Counted from the stretch's first letter, positions 41,393-54,658 are shown. The stretch: 64,000 nucleotides of DNA from Paraspadella gotoi (GCA_051294375.1 CM119263.1:22222833-22286832); one strand, 5' to 3'. The notes: a model not told the origin generated them from the sequence alone. Program-made: numbers and translations.

Positions 41393-43003
41393 CAGAAACG
41401 CACGGACAGAGGTATGCTCGTCTTGGACGTCGTCGTCGTTGTCGGTTTATATCGGCGATTCTTTATTCATGGCTTATCGGCTGACTCGCCCGTCACGCAC
41501 CTGAGCTTTGCGCCGTGGAGAGGGGGGCGTGTCATGAAGCAGAGGGTCATGGTGCAACGACGTCTGATATGGGATATGGTGGCTAAATGAGGGAGCATCA
41601 ACACTCTACAGGTCGCAGCGAGAGTTTATCCTGGAATTGAATAAATTTATAATTTTTTCCGAGAAACGTTAGTTGAACGTTGAACGTTAACTTCAGAGTT
41701 GAACGAACACTGGATTTGCAGATGTTATCCTGCAGAATTCGACCGTGTATGGGTTCATTTGTTTAAATTCCCTTAAATCACGATAGAGGCGCTCTGTTCA
41801 TTACATAGGTCGAAACTGAACGGTTGTCAATATTTTCGATCTCTGATATCCGGAGATGAAGATTTAAAAAATAAGTCATGTGGCCTCAAAAAAAGTAGAG
41901 GTTCTTTCTCTCTTATTAATTGTCAACTTGTCTGCTTTTTAAAAAAAAATCTCTCTTGAGTTTTTTCAATTGGAGGGAAAAGAAGAGAAAACTTGGAAGA
42001 AATTTCCTCCTCGAGGAAATGAAATAAAATGAATTGACGCCGATAAATCTTTCCTCTTTCCTCTTCGTTCATCGCTCATGAATCTTTTCTCCTGAATGCT
42101 CCTGAATACTCAGATTACACTTTTACGCTTGACATTTACGACATTTCTCGGAATTCCGTTATCATAATTTTAAATGGGTACAACCAATGAAAAAAATTTC
42201 CACTCAATCACTAAACAAGCTATTTTGCCCTTGACTTTGGCCAGGCTATGGTGGGTGAGGGATTGCATCCAATATCCAATATCTTCTATTTCCCGGTTTT
42301 TGAAAGAAATTTGTGCTTTTTTTTTCATAGGTTCTAAAAGAAGATTTCGACATAACTGATCAATGCTCTACTTAGCGATGACTTATCTCAGCTTTCATCC
42401 CTATTTCTCCCACCAGATTCATCTCTTATCCTTTATCCCTCAATCAGTCATTCACAACACCTCTTCTCTCATTTCTCAACTCTGGTCCTTAACCCATAAT
42501 CTTAATTCATTGAAGAATCGAGATCACATCGTCGAACTTGTGAAACGACAATGGAATCTAGAGCGTAAGTCTCAGCTCGTTCCTCTTCGAAAAGAATAAG
42601 CGGCGACTGAAATAGAGAGTCACACAGTCAGCAATCTAGAGAAAATAGAGTAGTATTATTGATATTTTTAATAGCACTATTAATATAATTAAATTGTATG
42701 TTAACCATCGTTTAATCATAAAAAGATAGTAATATCATCTTCTCTCCATCTTTTTTCTCCTCATTTTTTCTCATTGTCGTTCTCATTCAACGTCCGCTTA
42801 ATCCAAGTTCAGCTTTCTCTCTCTCTCTCTTTTGTTCTCTCTTTCTATCTCACTCTCTCTCTCTTTTCTTTCCCTCCTATATCATCACCCACCCAGGCAC
42901 TTCCATTCTCCCTCTCTCTCTCTCCCTATGGACAATGACCAATGGTCCATGATATCTTGACGCTCGTTGGATCGAAGAGTAAAGTGCCAGATTGGACAGA
43001 GAA

Positions 43004-43082
<79 letters not shown>

Positions 43083-43644
43083 ACGTTATGGACGAAGCCC
43101 GGCTTTGCAGTAATGGTGCGAGAGAGAAGACCATCATCTCCTTTCCGTTTCGATGGCTCGCTGCTCTTCCGATGAAACTGACCTGAAAATATATCAGTAA
43201 ATGTTTGTATTATATTAGTTTATTGTAGCATTCAAGTTACATCTCAATTTTTATGGCACCCACAGAAAATCTCATTGTCTACAAAAAACGTAAGGAAAAT
43301 ATTCGATATTTTTTTCTTTAGTTATTAAAAAAAAACATTTTAAAAGATTTATGACTTTTTAATTTAAATTTAAATTTAAATTTAATAAATTTTTAATTTT
43401 ATGAAGGAGAGAGGGACGTTAATGTTGTCTTCTGAAAATACTGGCATCATATGTCTCTAGTTAACAACAACAACAACAACGCCGACAAAAATCAGGCTCA
43501 TTTTCTTCTTTTTTTTCTTCCAAAATTTTTTTTCTCCTGAAAAATCATTTTCGGTTCCAAAATCGTCGGCGGATGCTTGACCTCGAAGCTTGGGAAGAGA
43601 AACTATTTTACCAAAAGAAAAAAGGGTATGAGAGAGAGAGAGAG

Positions 43645-43709
<65 letters not shown>

Positions 43710-43742
43710 AGAAGGAGAGAGGAGAGAGAGAGAGAGAGAAGT

Positions 43743-43786
<44 letters not shown>

Positions 43787-43869
43787 ACCAGGCTTTTGGA
43801 AGGCAACGAGAAGAGTCATGGTTCACATTCTTGATGATTTTTACGCCGAAAAAGAGGGGCGATGATGAC

Positions 43870-43901
<32 letters not shown>

Positions 43902-44008
43902 CAACAATGTCGACTATGCCTTCACCTTGAATCGTTGTGATATCACCATTACCCGGACTCGACAAGCGACGGGCTCACGTGAGAGTTTATCATTGCTGAC
44001 AAAATGGC

Positions 44009-44070
<62 letters not shown>

Positions 44071-44242
44071 CCTCTCTCTCTCTGTCACTAACATCCGCTC
44101 ACTCTCCCTCAAAGTACAGCTTTAGCTAATTGCTAATGCTAATGACCATAGGGTCTCTTCGATGTTTGACATGATTCTTGGGGGCAAGAAAGTAAAAGGG
44201 AGGAAAGAGATAGCGAGAGAGAGAGCAGAATAGAGCAGAGAG

Positions 44243-44277
<35 letters not shown>

Positions 44278-44422
44278 TCTTGAATAGCAGCGATTGAGAG
44301 CAGCACTTATACTTTCTATTTAAATCAGGTTAATCCCTTGGTTTCCTTGCCTTTCGCCTTTCGAGTAGAGTTTCCTTTTTTAACTCTTTAATCAGGGAAA
44401 GGCAAAAGTCGGCAAGGGAGCA

Positions 44423-44495
<73 letters not shown>

Positions 44496-44995
44496 AGAGG
44501 AGAGTAGAGAGAGAGAGAGCTCGATTCTTCCGCTCAAAATGGCAAAAAAGTGATTTCCATTACGAGGAAGGGAGAAAGAAAGAGAAAAAACAAAAACAGG
44601 GAAAGCCCTATACCTTCCTAGCTTTAGTTTAGTCGCTGATTGCCAATGTGTTTATCTAATTTACAAAATTGACTCTGTGATGATGACTACTTTACTAATT
44701 TCACGAAATTGTGAACACGACGCCACGATCTCTCGCAATGACGTCAGCATCACGACCAAAGTCTTGCGATGGCAGAAAGTTTTCTTTAAAATTCCTTCTC
44801 TTTTAAAAATCTTTTGAAACATTTTTTTTAGCCATTTTTCAAAAACTAGCGTATTTTTCGACTCAATATAGAAAATTAATGAGCCGTGCAGGAAGCAGAA
44901 CTGAAGCTAAACTGAGAGAGAGTTTTGAAACGCGGGGAAAGTTTTGAGACTTTAGGGTTGAGAGAGAGGCGTTGATTTTTTTACACATGAGCCTA

Positions 44996-45104
<109 letters not shown>

Positions 45105-46564
45105 CAATTTCTCACAAAACTCGTAAAAATCATGAACCGAATTTTCTTTCTCTTTCCATCTTCTGTCTCAAGTTCTCCTTGAATACACTTTCACACGCAC
45201 ATCTTCCAATCACGTGATTAATATATCTGATTATATATCTTTTTCTTCCATTTCCTTCTTTGTTTTCTTTTACAATTTTCTCTTTTTCTTTATTCCATGT
45301 ATCGCTTACTCTATCTTGGCGCGCCGTTTCCATGACGACCAAATTGTCCATCCAATATGAATGGCAGTTAAGCGGAAAATTGAATTTCCTCGGGTCGTCG
45401 TCCTCGTTTTTTGTCACGCCGTTGTTGTGAGCATGGTTATTTTTTAGGTTTTGTCCTCATCTGGAGATATCTGCCGAAAGTGTTCGGCATTTTTTGTTAT
45501 TTTGTCTTTACTAGGGGGAGACTAACTCAATAAGGTGGTTAAGAAATTGAATTAAGCACCTCCTCAAACGAAAATTTAGACATTTTTAAAAAAATTTGAA
45601 TAGACAAATTTTTTTTATATTACTCCATACTCCATATATTAATTTTTTAATATTTATTTATAAATAGGAAAGGCTAAAAATTTTTTTTTGATTTTTTGAT
45701 TTTTAAGATCAGATTCAGGTAGCTTGCAAAAAGTTGTCTACACAAAGTATAATTCTTTTTTCGATATTTTGATCATAAGTATGTGAAAAATATGAAATAC
45801 TATTTATAATCATCATCATCATCATTTTTTAATAATTTTATTACTTTTTCTTAATTTTGACCAAGAAAACATAAATATTTTTGAAAGTTGTAGTTAAATT
45901 TTTTATTTAACTTTTTATGCTCTATCAGAATCCATCAAAAAAAGTTAAGATTGATTAAAAAAATTTTTTATCATTATATAGTAATATTGTAATTTTAATA
46001 GCAACAATAAAAGCATTAAAATCGAACTTTTTTAAAAAATTCTTTTTTTACCTAAAAGTAGACTTCAAGACTAAAGTTTTGAACCCCCGCCCCTATTGAA
46101 TTTAATTTCATAGTAGATTTCTATCTTTACATTGTTATTAATCTAATTACACTCTGAGGCAGCTTTTAACTTAAAGAATTTGTGCCCTTATCGAAAATTT
46201 CATAATCAAAATTAAATCGCATGTGAGATGTTGACTATTGGCTAGGTGACTGACTAATTAGGTCAGTTAGCGAGGGAATGAATTCATGGCTTATAAAGTC
46301 GAAGAGGGAAAAAGCTCGAAAAGGAAACCTTAAAATCTAATTATTTTTCTTGAGCGATTTATAATTCAAATTTTGAATTCCCAGCGAAAGTCTTAGAATA
46401 TGCTTTCTTTTTTACCATCTTTATCTAAATCGCCAATTAGCCTTATTTTTCCCAATTTTTCCATTTTTTTTCTCAATATAATTATAAAAACAGGAACAAA
46501 ACTGAAAATACAAACAGAACCATTGTCCAATCTCATTAATCTTATCCAAAAAATTAATCCACAG

Positions 46565-46577
46565 GTGACGTCACGTG
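46565..46577 (+). promoter_or_regulatory. Overlapping CRE palindrome (GTGACGTCAC) and E-box (TCACGTG) upstream of the GPCR
   Basis: gtgacgtcacgtg ~180 nt before ATG 46752; retained in the second copy at ~55651. Confidence 0.4.
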
Positions 46578-46751
46578 CTTTTTCTCACGCAAATAAACAA
46601 CGAAAATGATCTGATCTCCGTAATAAGCGAAACAAACGATCATTTTTTTTAAGATCAAGTGAGAAAAGAAAAGTTTACCTTATTACCTTCACACTGTTAA
46701 ATTTAAACCGCGACTTGTTGTACCAATTAAAGTTTAAAAAATTCTCCAAAA

Positions 46752-49655
46752 ATGTACCCTTGGTTAACCGTGTGGTTGATCTCTCTCCTGTCTGGTGCGA
46801 CCGTCTCCTTCTCCGCAGCCGACGCCGCATCGTCCTGCCGCGGCCGCTGCTACGAGTTGCGCTCGCCGGAACTTCTCGACGCCGCCGAAAACGTCGCCTC
46901 TCCTTCCAGAATCCTCCGCTGTCGTTGCGATCGACTCTGCAAACTGTACCGCGACTGCTGCGAGAACAGAAAGATCGAATGTCCTCGTGATTCGTGGAAA
47001 GACAAATGGAAGTTGATTGCGGATCGAAAATACGTCAAATGTCACCGCATACGGATCGACGGATTCGAAGAGGCAAAAGATGTCGCCGTGATCGGGAGGT
47101 ACAACGCTAAAAATAGATAATTTATTTCAAGAGGTGAACCTTAGGAACTTAGAAGGTTTTATTGATAATATTAATAATCTCATTACATTCACAGTTGTCC
47201 CGCCAAAGCCGATATCTTCTTGCAAGCCTTGTGCACGGCTCCACCATCCTTCAATGACATTCCCACTTTCGTCCCCGTCACCTCCTTGGTCGACGGTCGA
47301 GTCTACCGCAATCGCTACTGCGCCAAATGCATCAACCCGTCGGATGACGTCGCCGCGTGGAACGTGACGCACGTGGAGTGCGACGAGAGGTTGCAGCAGA
47401 CTCTCAAGAATAATTTACTTTTTAATCGGAACTTTACTGGATCTCTCGACTCTGAGTTTTTGGAAATTGCCAATGGATTGTTTACCGAATCCTGCCGAAT
47501 GTGGTTTCAACCCAGCAATGCAACCAACTTTCATTTTTGCCTTTCGGAATCTGAGAATAAAACTATATCCAAGAAGATCTCACCTTCTATTCTTCAAAAC
47601 AATTATTCCCTACCATCAGCAATTCCATACACCTTCCAACCAAGAGCCGTTACCATCCTCATGAACTGGGGCGAAGATGGAACGACCCGTCTCAAAGTCA
47701 ACGAAGGTTACCTCGATTTGATTGAGCATTGTCCCCAAGGCACTGCCCTCGAGATTTCCTCCAAAACATGCCGAAAGAAACGCTGCCCTCGGGGGACGAA
47801 ACTGCTCATGGACGGAACCTGCAAACATCCCACTGAGAACCTTAAGTTCGAGACTCACGTGTTTATCTATCTCGATATTCTTTTCGACACAAAACAGTTT
47901 CCAGAATTTAATACCCAAATCACCGAGAACTTTTACAGAGACAATTTTGCCAATTACATTAACGGCGACGATAACAGTACGATCGACGTTTCCATTACGC
48001 CCAAAGAAAGAAATTTGAATACAGATTCGTTTATCATGAACAACAGCATCATCAATATCAACATCATGCTGAAGAACGAGCGTCGAAAAGACGTCGACCT
48101 TGTACAAGATATGTTGGAGGAATTAAACAAAAATTTAACTTTCATCGAAACGAAATCCCAAAAGCTTCAGGTCATGAACGTCAGCGAGAAGATCATTCAA
48201 ACGACGGTGCCCACCACGCAAGAGTTCGATTGGTGCCCCAACGGAGTCATGAGGTTTTACAACGACAGTTTCGACTTTTGGCAAGTGAGTCATCGACTGC
48301 GCGGCGGAGGAACGAAGATCGAAACGTTCGTCCGTACGCACGACACGGACGTCGTGTACAACGCGAGCGATTTCGATCTGGGCATCGCCGTGGGACTCGA
48401 TTTGAATTGGGAGGAACAAGACGTCATTTCTTGGGTCGTCGTTTGCGAAAAAAAACCTCTCATCGCTGAGCAAAACTGCGAACTCAAAGTGATATTCAAT
48501 TCCTCGGAATTTCGCTACCTGAATAACCGGAGCGTCGAAGTTTTAGCGGATCGACAAATCTACGGAGTGAACGAGTACGAACATTTCCATCGGCGAAACC
48601 AATCTTACTCAACGAATTCTGATAAAATTCTAGTCTGTTTGCGATTATCGAAAGAAGAACGCTTCTTTTTCTCCTTTTCCGCGATCCAGGGATTGCTGAC
48701 GGTCATTCTGCTGCCAATTTCTATCCTTGCGCTGATGCTTATCATATTGATTTATTCCATCTACCGATCCCTGCACAATTTGCCCGGCCTCATTCTGCTC
48801 CACGTCACTGTGACTCTACTCACGTCACAGTCGATGATCTTGTTTACGCTCAACTATCCAGCCGTGATTTCCTGGAAATGCATGATCATTGCAGTCGCCA
48901 ATCACTATTTGCTGATCGCATCTTTCTGTTGGATGAACGCCTACGCCTTCTACATCTACCGAACCATCTGCTGCCTGACCACAGCGGCGACATTAGACGC
49001 GACCGAAACCTGGCGCCGCTCTTTGCGCTACGCTGCTTACGCTTACGGTACGCCGGCGCTTTTCGTCATAGCCTGCGTCACGGTGGATTTGCAGACAAAC
49101 AGCATCCATTACGGAGGTGACAACCTGATTTACTTGACCAAAGAAACGGTCATCAACCAAGATCACATCGCATCCAGAAACACCTGTTGGATCAACGACA
49201 ACGTAGCTCCGGTCTTCGTTTTCGGCTTGCCTCTCTTCGCCATCATGATCGCCAACGTCGTTCTCTACGCGTTGACGGTTCGTCGCATCAAAGGCAATTC
49301 CAGAGCCGAACTCTTCGAAGGGCGTGGAGGCGCAAGCCTCGTTCCCAAATCCGATTCTCCCGTCGATCTGCGGACCTTCGTGCGTCTCTCCACAATGATG
49401 GGGTTCGGATGGCTGCTGGGGTTCGGAGGGACGATCATCAAGAGGATCGACGACGGAGCCGTGGGTCAGACGTTGGAGGAGATCGTCTCTTATCTCTTCG
49501 TCTTCGCTTCTTCGTTGCAGGGACTGGGAATCTTCGTCGCCTTCGCCACGGGCGGTCGGGTCAAGGAGGCCGTCAAGGGGACGATGGAGAAGCTGAAGTT
49601 GACATCGAGAAAAAATACGAATTCGGGGAAGAGGGGAGAGTCAATAAAGTATTAA
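46752..49655 (+). CDS. Somatomedin-B-domain family-B (Methuselah-like/adhesion-like) GPCR, 935 aa; exons 46752-47098 and 47195-49655
   Basis: Signal peptide MYPWLTVWLISLLSGATVS. SMB motif SCRGRC...CRCDRLCKLYRDCC. A 96-nt phase-2 intron (ag|gtacaa...ttcacag|t) joins exon 1 in frame to the 811-aa ORF. Cys-rich PVTSLVDGRVYRNRYCAKC motif. Seven hydrophobic segments with family-B motifs SLHNLPG, C..IAVANHYLLIASFCWMN, YAYGTP, CWI, MGFGWLLG and SSLQGLGIFVAF. AATAAA overlaps the stop codon. Confidence 0.93.
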
Positions 49656-49754
49656 TAAAAAAACATTTAAATTACTTTTAAAAACTTTCGTGTTACATTG
49701 CTGATATTTTGTTTTAATTAATTTTTTTTTAAATTTCTAGAGCTAAATCTTCTA

Positions 49755-49967
49755 TGTGGCCACCTGAGCGAATTAAATCAGTTTCGAAGACCTTTTGTTT
49801 TCAGTTAAAACCGTTTATTCTTTCCACATAACAGATGGCTCTGTAATAATTCAAACTGCCTTTATTATGATTGTTACCGGAGAACGTCTTTTGTTTTTAT
49901 TCACTTCTTGTTTCTCTCTGAAATAAAAAGATCTGCGAATCTGATTTTATTCGCTCAGGTGGCCACA
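49755..49967. mobile_element. 213-bp MITE with ~50-bp TIRs and TA target-site duplication (Tc1/mariner-type); second copy at 59240-59447
   Basis: ta|tgtggccacctgagcgaattaaatcagtttcgaagacctttt...aaaagatctgcgaatctgattttattcgctcaggtggccaca|ta. The terminal 18 bp are a perfect inverted repeat. Confidence 0.85.
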
Positions 49968-50824
49968 TATATTATTTAATTTTTAATCTAAAATTAATCA
50001 AAAAAATTGACTGATTAGCTTACTTTTCTGATTAGTTAAAAAGATATGTCAATTATTTGTCAGCCTACTTAATTTCTCGCCAAGAACCAATTTTTCTCCG
50101 ATCTTGCGAGAATGAAAGTCATTCTCCATCGACTAGACGTCCTTTTTTTCACTTTAGACGCCATGGGGCGAGTTTTTTGGTGCACCATAGAATTCTATCG
50201 ATCTTTGTTCACTGATCTGTTGGGCCTAAAAACCCTATAGCGAAGGGGCGCCATATAGGTCCACTCATATCTCTTTAACCATCCCACCCCACCACCCAAG
50301 TCGCTCCCTACCAGCCCGCCCCCGCTGGCAACGAATTTGGAACGGCGGGGCGCCAAAAGGCTCATTCCTATGCTTATGCCCGCCAAACGGACCCGAATTT
50401 GCAGAGCGCAAAAAAAAGGTCGTTTGAATGATCACGTCGCGAAAAAAAAGAGCGAGAGAGAAGAGAAAAAAAATGTGAGAAATAGAACTACATGTACTCT
50501 TTTTTTCGCTTCTAATGACTCGATGTTTTCTTATAAATATCATTTATTTGGAATTTCTCCTAATTTCACTTCCCTGCCCCCAACGGGCCACGCCCCCCAT
50601 TTCTCTAGAACTTTCCCTTCCGCCATCTTTTTTTTTCATTGGGGAAAGACTGACTTTGTCCCTCGTTCACAAACTTTATGCGTCTTCGTCCTTGACTTGC
50701 TTCTCTCCCTTTTTCTCTCCTCTTTGTTTCAGTCTTTTTTTGAAATTCTCGATAAATTTTGTGTCGGATTTCTCCGCTTCGTGGGTTTTCTTTATTCCGA
50801 TTTCTTTCCTGTTTCCAGCTCCCT

Positions 50825-50901
<77 letters not shown>

Positions 50902-53039
50902 CTCAACTTCCCGCCCTCCCACTCATACGCCCAAACACACGCGCACTTGCTGGCACAGTTTTGTTCCATCGTTCCACCCCCCCCCCAAAAAAAGGGGGGG
51001 GCCGATCGAGAGAAAAAAAATGTCTGCAGGGTTGTTTATGCCCTCTCGCGGCTTCGTTTCCAGAACTCGCCACTCAATTCAGAATTTACTCCCTCATCCC
51101 GTTTTTTCGTCTCAACGCTGTTTATGGCGCATAAAAAAAAAGGCGAAGAGAACAGCGACGGAAAAAAGAGGAAAAAATTCGATTTAGGAAAAAAAAAAGA
51201 AACTGGTAACTCTCTTAAAAAATTCACATAAATCCGATCGAAATTTTTATAACCGTTTTAAAAAGTTTTATAACTTGCATTTTTGGAGAACGATATTCTT
51301 TAGTCGTCTTTAGTCGAGAAAAAAAATTTAGTAGTAGTAATTTCATACGATATTATTATATCTTTTAAGAGGTACATACAGGCCTTAACCCACGACAGCC
51401 TATCCAAAATCAAAATAGCTTATTTATTAAATGAATTATTGTGGCAATTTCATTACTACGTTTTTGGTGACAGTATTATCATGCCCATATTTTTATGTGT
51501 GGCGACAGCATTGTAACAATTTACAATCGACAATCCGGTTTCACCCTTTTCAAATCGTCATTAGTCGGTTTTTAGTTTTGATAAATTAAAAAATATTTGC
51601 TCATAAGAGATGATAAATTTTGATGATGAATAATTATTAAAAAGATCCAGGCCAATGGAGCAAAATGGGCAAAACGAATTGGCAGTGCGAGCGGCCAAGC
51701 GTTATCAAGACTTTCCGATTAGATTTTGAAAAAGACCAAACAGATAATATTTCTTCAAAATTTAAACGTAGTTTTTTTTTGTGGATGTTTACAAAGTTTT
51801 TCCCTTTATCATCGACGCTTTTCCCCGTCTTTTATTCATTCATATCTATAAATCACTCTTTCTCCTCATCAACAGCCGGGTTGCCTGTGATGCCCATTGG
51901 CATGAGGCATCTCACTGTTGGCTTTGGGGGCTTCTGACCTTCAGTGATGCCTCCTGTCACCCTCGCGGTTACCCTAGGAGAGTCTAGTTTTGCGTCGTTA
52001 GGACTGAGGATGGAACGCAACGCTTGTGATGGTGCGTTGCCCCTCTGAGCCAATGGGATTGACTGAACGATGGTGGATGTGAGGCGGTGTGAATATACCG
52101 CCACACTATCCTTATTTCATATCTTTTTCCCATCTCTTCCCCTCGTCTTTTCACTCACCCCCTTCCCTCTTCATTATCATCGCCATCCCTTCCTCATCAT
52201 CGCTCGAATACTGTTCCCCCCCCCGCCCCACACGTCTCTAGAGATTTTGTCGCGTCGTTCTCCTCCTCCCTCTCCTCCTTCCTCCTCCCCTCTCTCTCTC
52301 TTCCCCCTCTTCACCTCCCCCCCTCGCTTCTTCTCTTAATCCGGCCGCGACGAACGCTTATGAGTTGATAATCTTCTATCGGCAACATTTTGGATAGGCG
52401 GACCGGCGGATCGCAGATGGCGGACCGGCGAGTCCGGCGGACCGCCCGCCCATTCTGGCGGCGAAGGAGGCGTTGGCAGGCGTTGGGGATGGTGGCGGGG
52501 GTGTGTGGAGACTAGAGAGGTGGCTATGGTAGGAGAAAACTGAAGGAAGGAGGCATTAAGAGGATTTTGGAGTGGAACGGCTCAATGAGGAATTCGGTAG
52601 TCAATAAGAAGTTATTTGGATGTTTAATGTTTTTAAATCGTTAGTTACATATATGTCATTTCTGTCATTTATAACATTATTTTTTGCATCTTGTTGAAAA
52701 TATAATCTCTTATAATCTCTCTCTCTCTCTCCTCTCCTCCCCTCTCTCCTCTTCTCCTCTCCTCTCTCTCTTCTCTCACTCTCCTCTCACTACTCTCCCC
52801 TCTCACTTCCTCCTTTTATCCTTTCCTCCCTCCCTCGTCCCTCTTATTCTCTAATTATTTTGCTGGCAAACGCAATAAATGCAATAAAGACGGAATCCAA
52901 CTGAGAGCGACTTTTTCTGTCCAACTTTCGGACTCGCGACTGGAATGTGATTCAGTTTCTATCCTTTCTATCTTTTCTCATTGAGTCGTTGACCAGTGTC
53001 TATCTTTTTCTTCTCTTCTTTCTTTACCTCCCTTCTTTC

Positions 53040-53240
53040 CATCGCCTCCTTTTCCCTCCATCCCTCTTTCCTCCCTTTTCTTCCTTCGCCTCCTTTTTCC
53101 TCGCTCCCCTCTTTCCTCCCTTCTTCCCTCGCCTCCTTTTTCCTTCGCTCCCCTCTTCCTCCCTTCTTCCCTCCTCCTTTTCCCTCGCTCCTCTCTTTCC
53201 TCCCTTCTTCCCTCGCCTCCGTTTTCCTCGCTCCCACTCT
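53040..53240. repeat. Pyrimidine-rich ~42-bp minisatellite (cctttttcctcgctcccctctttcctcccttcttccctcgcct)n
   Basis: About 4-5 degenerate units; also present at ~62475-62670. Confidence 0.8.
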
Positions 53241-53371
53241 TCCTTCCTTTTGCCTCTTCAATTAAGGTCGACTAAGTGGCGCCGGTTGTATCTTGTCCTT
53301 TTAAGTTTTTCAAACTCTAAAAACGCTCTGAGGGCCGATAGGGGGGGGAGAAGTTGGAAAAACTCTCTCTC

Positions 53372-53423
<52 letters not shown>

Positions 53424-53424
53424 T

Positions 53425-53655
53425 CTTGAGTTCAGAGAAGGAAATGTGAGAGAGTCTCTCGCTCCTATTCTCATTCTCTCGCGCTCCTCTCTCTCTCTCT
53501 CTCTCTCCTCTCTCCTCTCTCTCTCTCTCTCTCTCTCCTTTCTCTCTCTATCTCTCCCTCTCTTTGCCTTCTCTTCTCTCTCTCTCTGAGTTGAGAAAAG
53601 GAAAGGTGAAAGAGAGTCTCTCGCTCCCTTATCTCTCTATCTCTCTCTCTCTCTC

Positions 53656-53695
<40 letters not shown>

Positions 53696-53790
53696 TCATC
53701 TCTCTCTGCCTTCTCTCTCTCCGAGTTGAGAAAAGAAAGTGGAAGAGAGTCTTCGCTCCTTATCTCCTCTCTTCTCTCTTTCTCTCGCAT
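53425..53790. repeat. Compound tandem repeat: ~45-bp core gagttgagaaaaggaaaggtgaaagagagtctctcgctcc x3, separated by (TC)n
   Basis: Cores at ~53428, ~53588 and ~53723; also at ~62851, ~63011 and ~63146. Confidence 0.85.
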
Positions 53791-54602
53791 TCCCTTCGTA
53801 GGATATTTCAAAAACTTTCCATCCATGTCGTCCAATCTTTCCACCATCCCTTTCTATCTAATTAGCCTTAATTGGACGCAATTAACAATAACCACGATTT
53901 AATTGAAATCTTTTCTCTTTTTTTTCAGTTTGTTGTTTTGTTTTAGATTCTTTTCTCCATTTAAATGCATCGACTCTTGTCGTTTTTTTTTTATCTAAAC
54001 AAAGATGGCGTTCAGTTTCGCGTCGTGCGACAACTTAAGCGGCGTCAGGTCTGCCAGTGTGTCAGTTAGTGTCATTCATCCGTAAATCTTTCACTGTCAG
54101 CCCCATCAGGGTCGAGCAGAACCAGATGCAAATAAGATTTTAGGTTCTAGTCGCACGGTTTCCTAAACGCCTTTACGAGAGCGACAAAGTCGTTTTTTTT
54201 TTGTCCGACCTAAAACGGATTGCCAATGTCTCATCAGCCTTACTTTCTGTTTGGTCTCCAGCTAGACGTTGCTTGGCACCAGTGACTTACTCATGTTTTA
54301 GTTCCCCTTTGAACTAGAGAGGTGAGTCTTCTCGAACCCCGTCGNNNNNNNNNNNNNNNNNNNNNNNNNGCGTTGGGGATGGTGGCGGGGGTGTGGGAGA
54401 CTAGAGAGGTGGCGATGGTAGGAGAAAACTGAAGGAAGGAGGCATTAAGAGGATTTTGGAGTGGAACGGCTCAATGAGGAATTCGGTAGTCAATTAAGAA
54501 AGTTATTTTGGATGTTTAATGTTTTAAATCGTTAAGTTACATATCATGTCATTTCTGTCATTATAACATTATTTTTTGCATCTTGTTGAAAGATAATCTC
54601 TT

Positions 54603-54633
<31 letters not shown>

Positions 54634-54658
54634 NNNNNNNNNNNNNNNNNNNNNNNNN

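Noticed and set aside
45511-46112. Possible TIR element upstream of the GPCR
   Set aside because: Terminal similarity is weak and mostly A/T runs, so it cannot be supported by eye.
47127-49681. Overlapping alternative-frame and antisense ORFs within the GPCR
   Set aside because: Shadow ORFs produced by GC3-rich codon usage of the real gene.
52004-52105. Hammerhead core (CTGAGGA) and 7SK-like start (GGATGTGAGGCG)
   Set aside because: No GAAA after a stem II and no GATC-containing 7SK stem. These are short chance matches.
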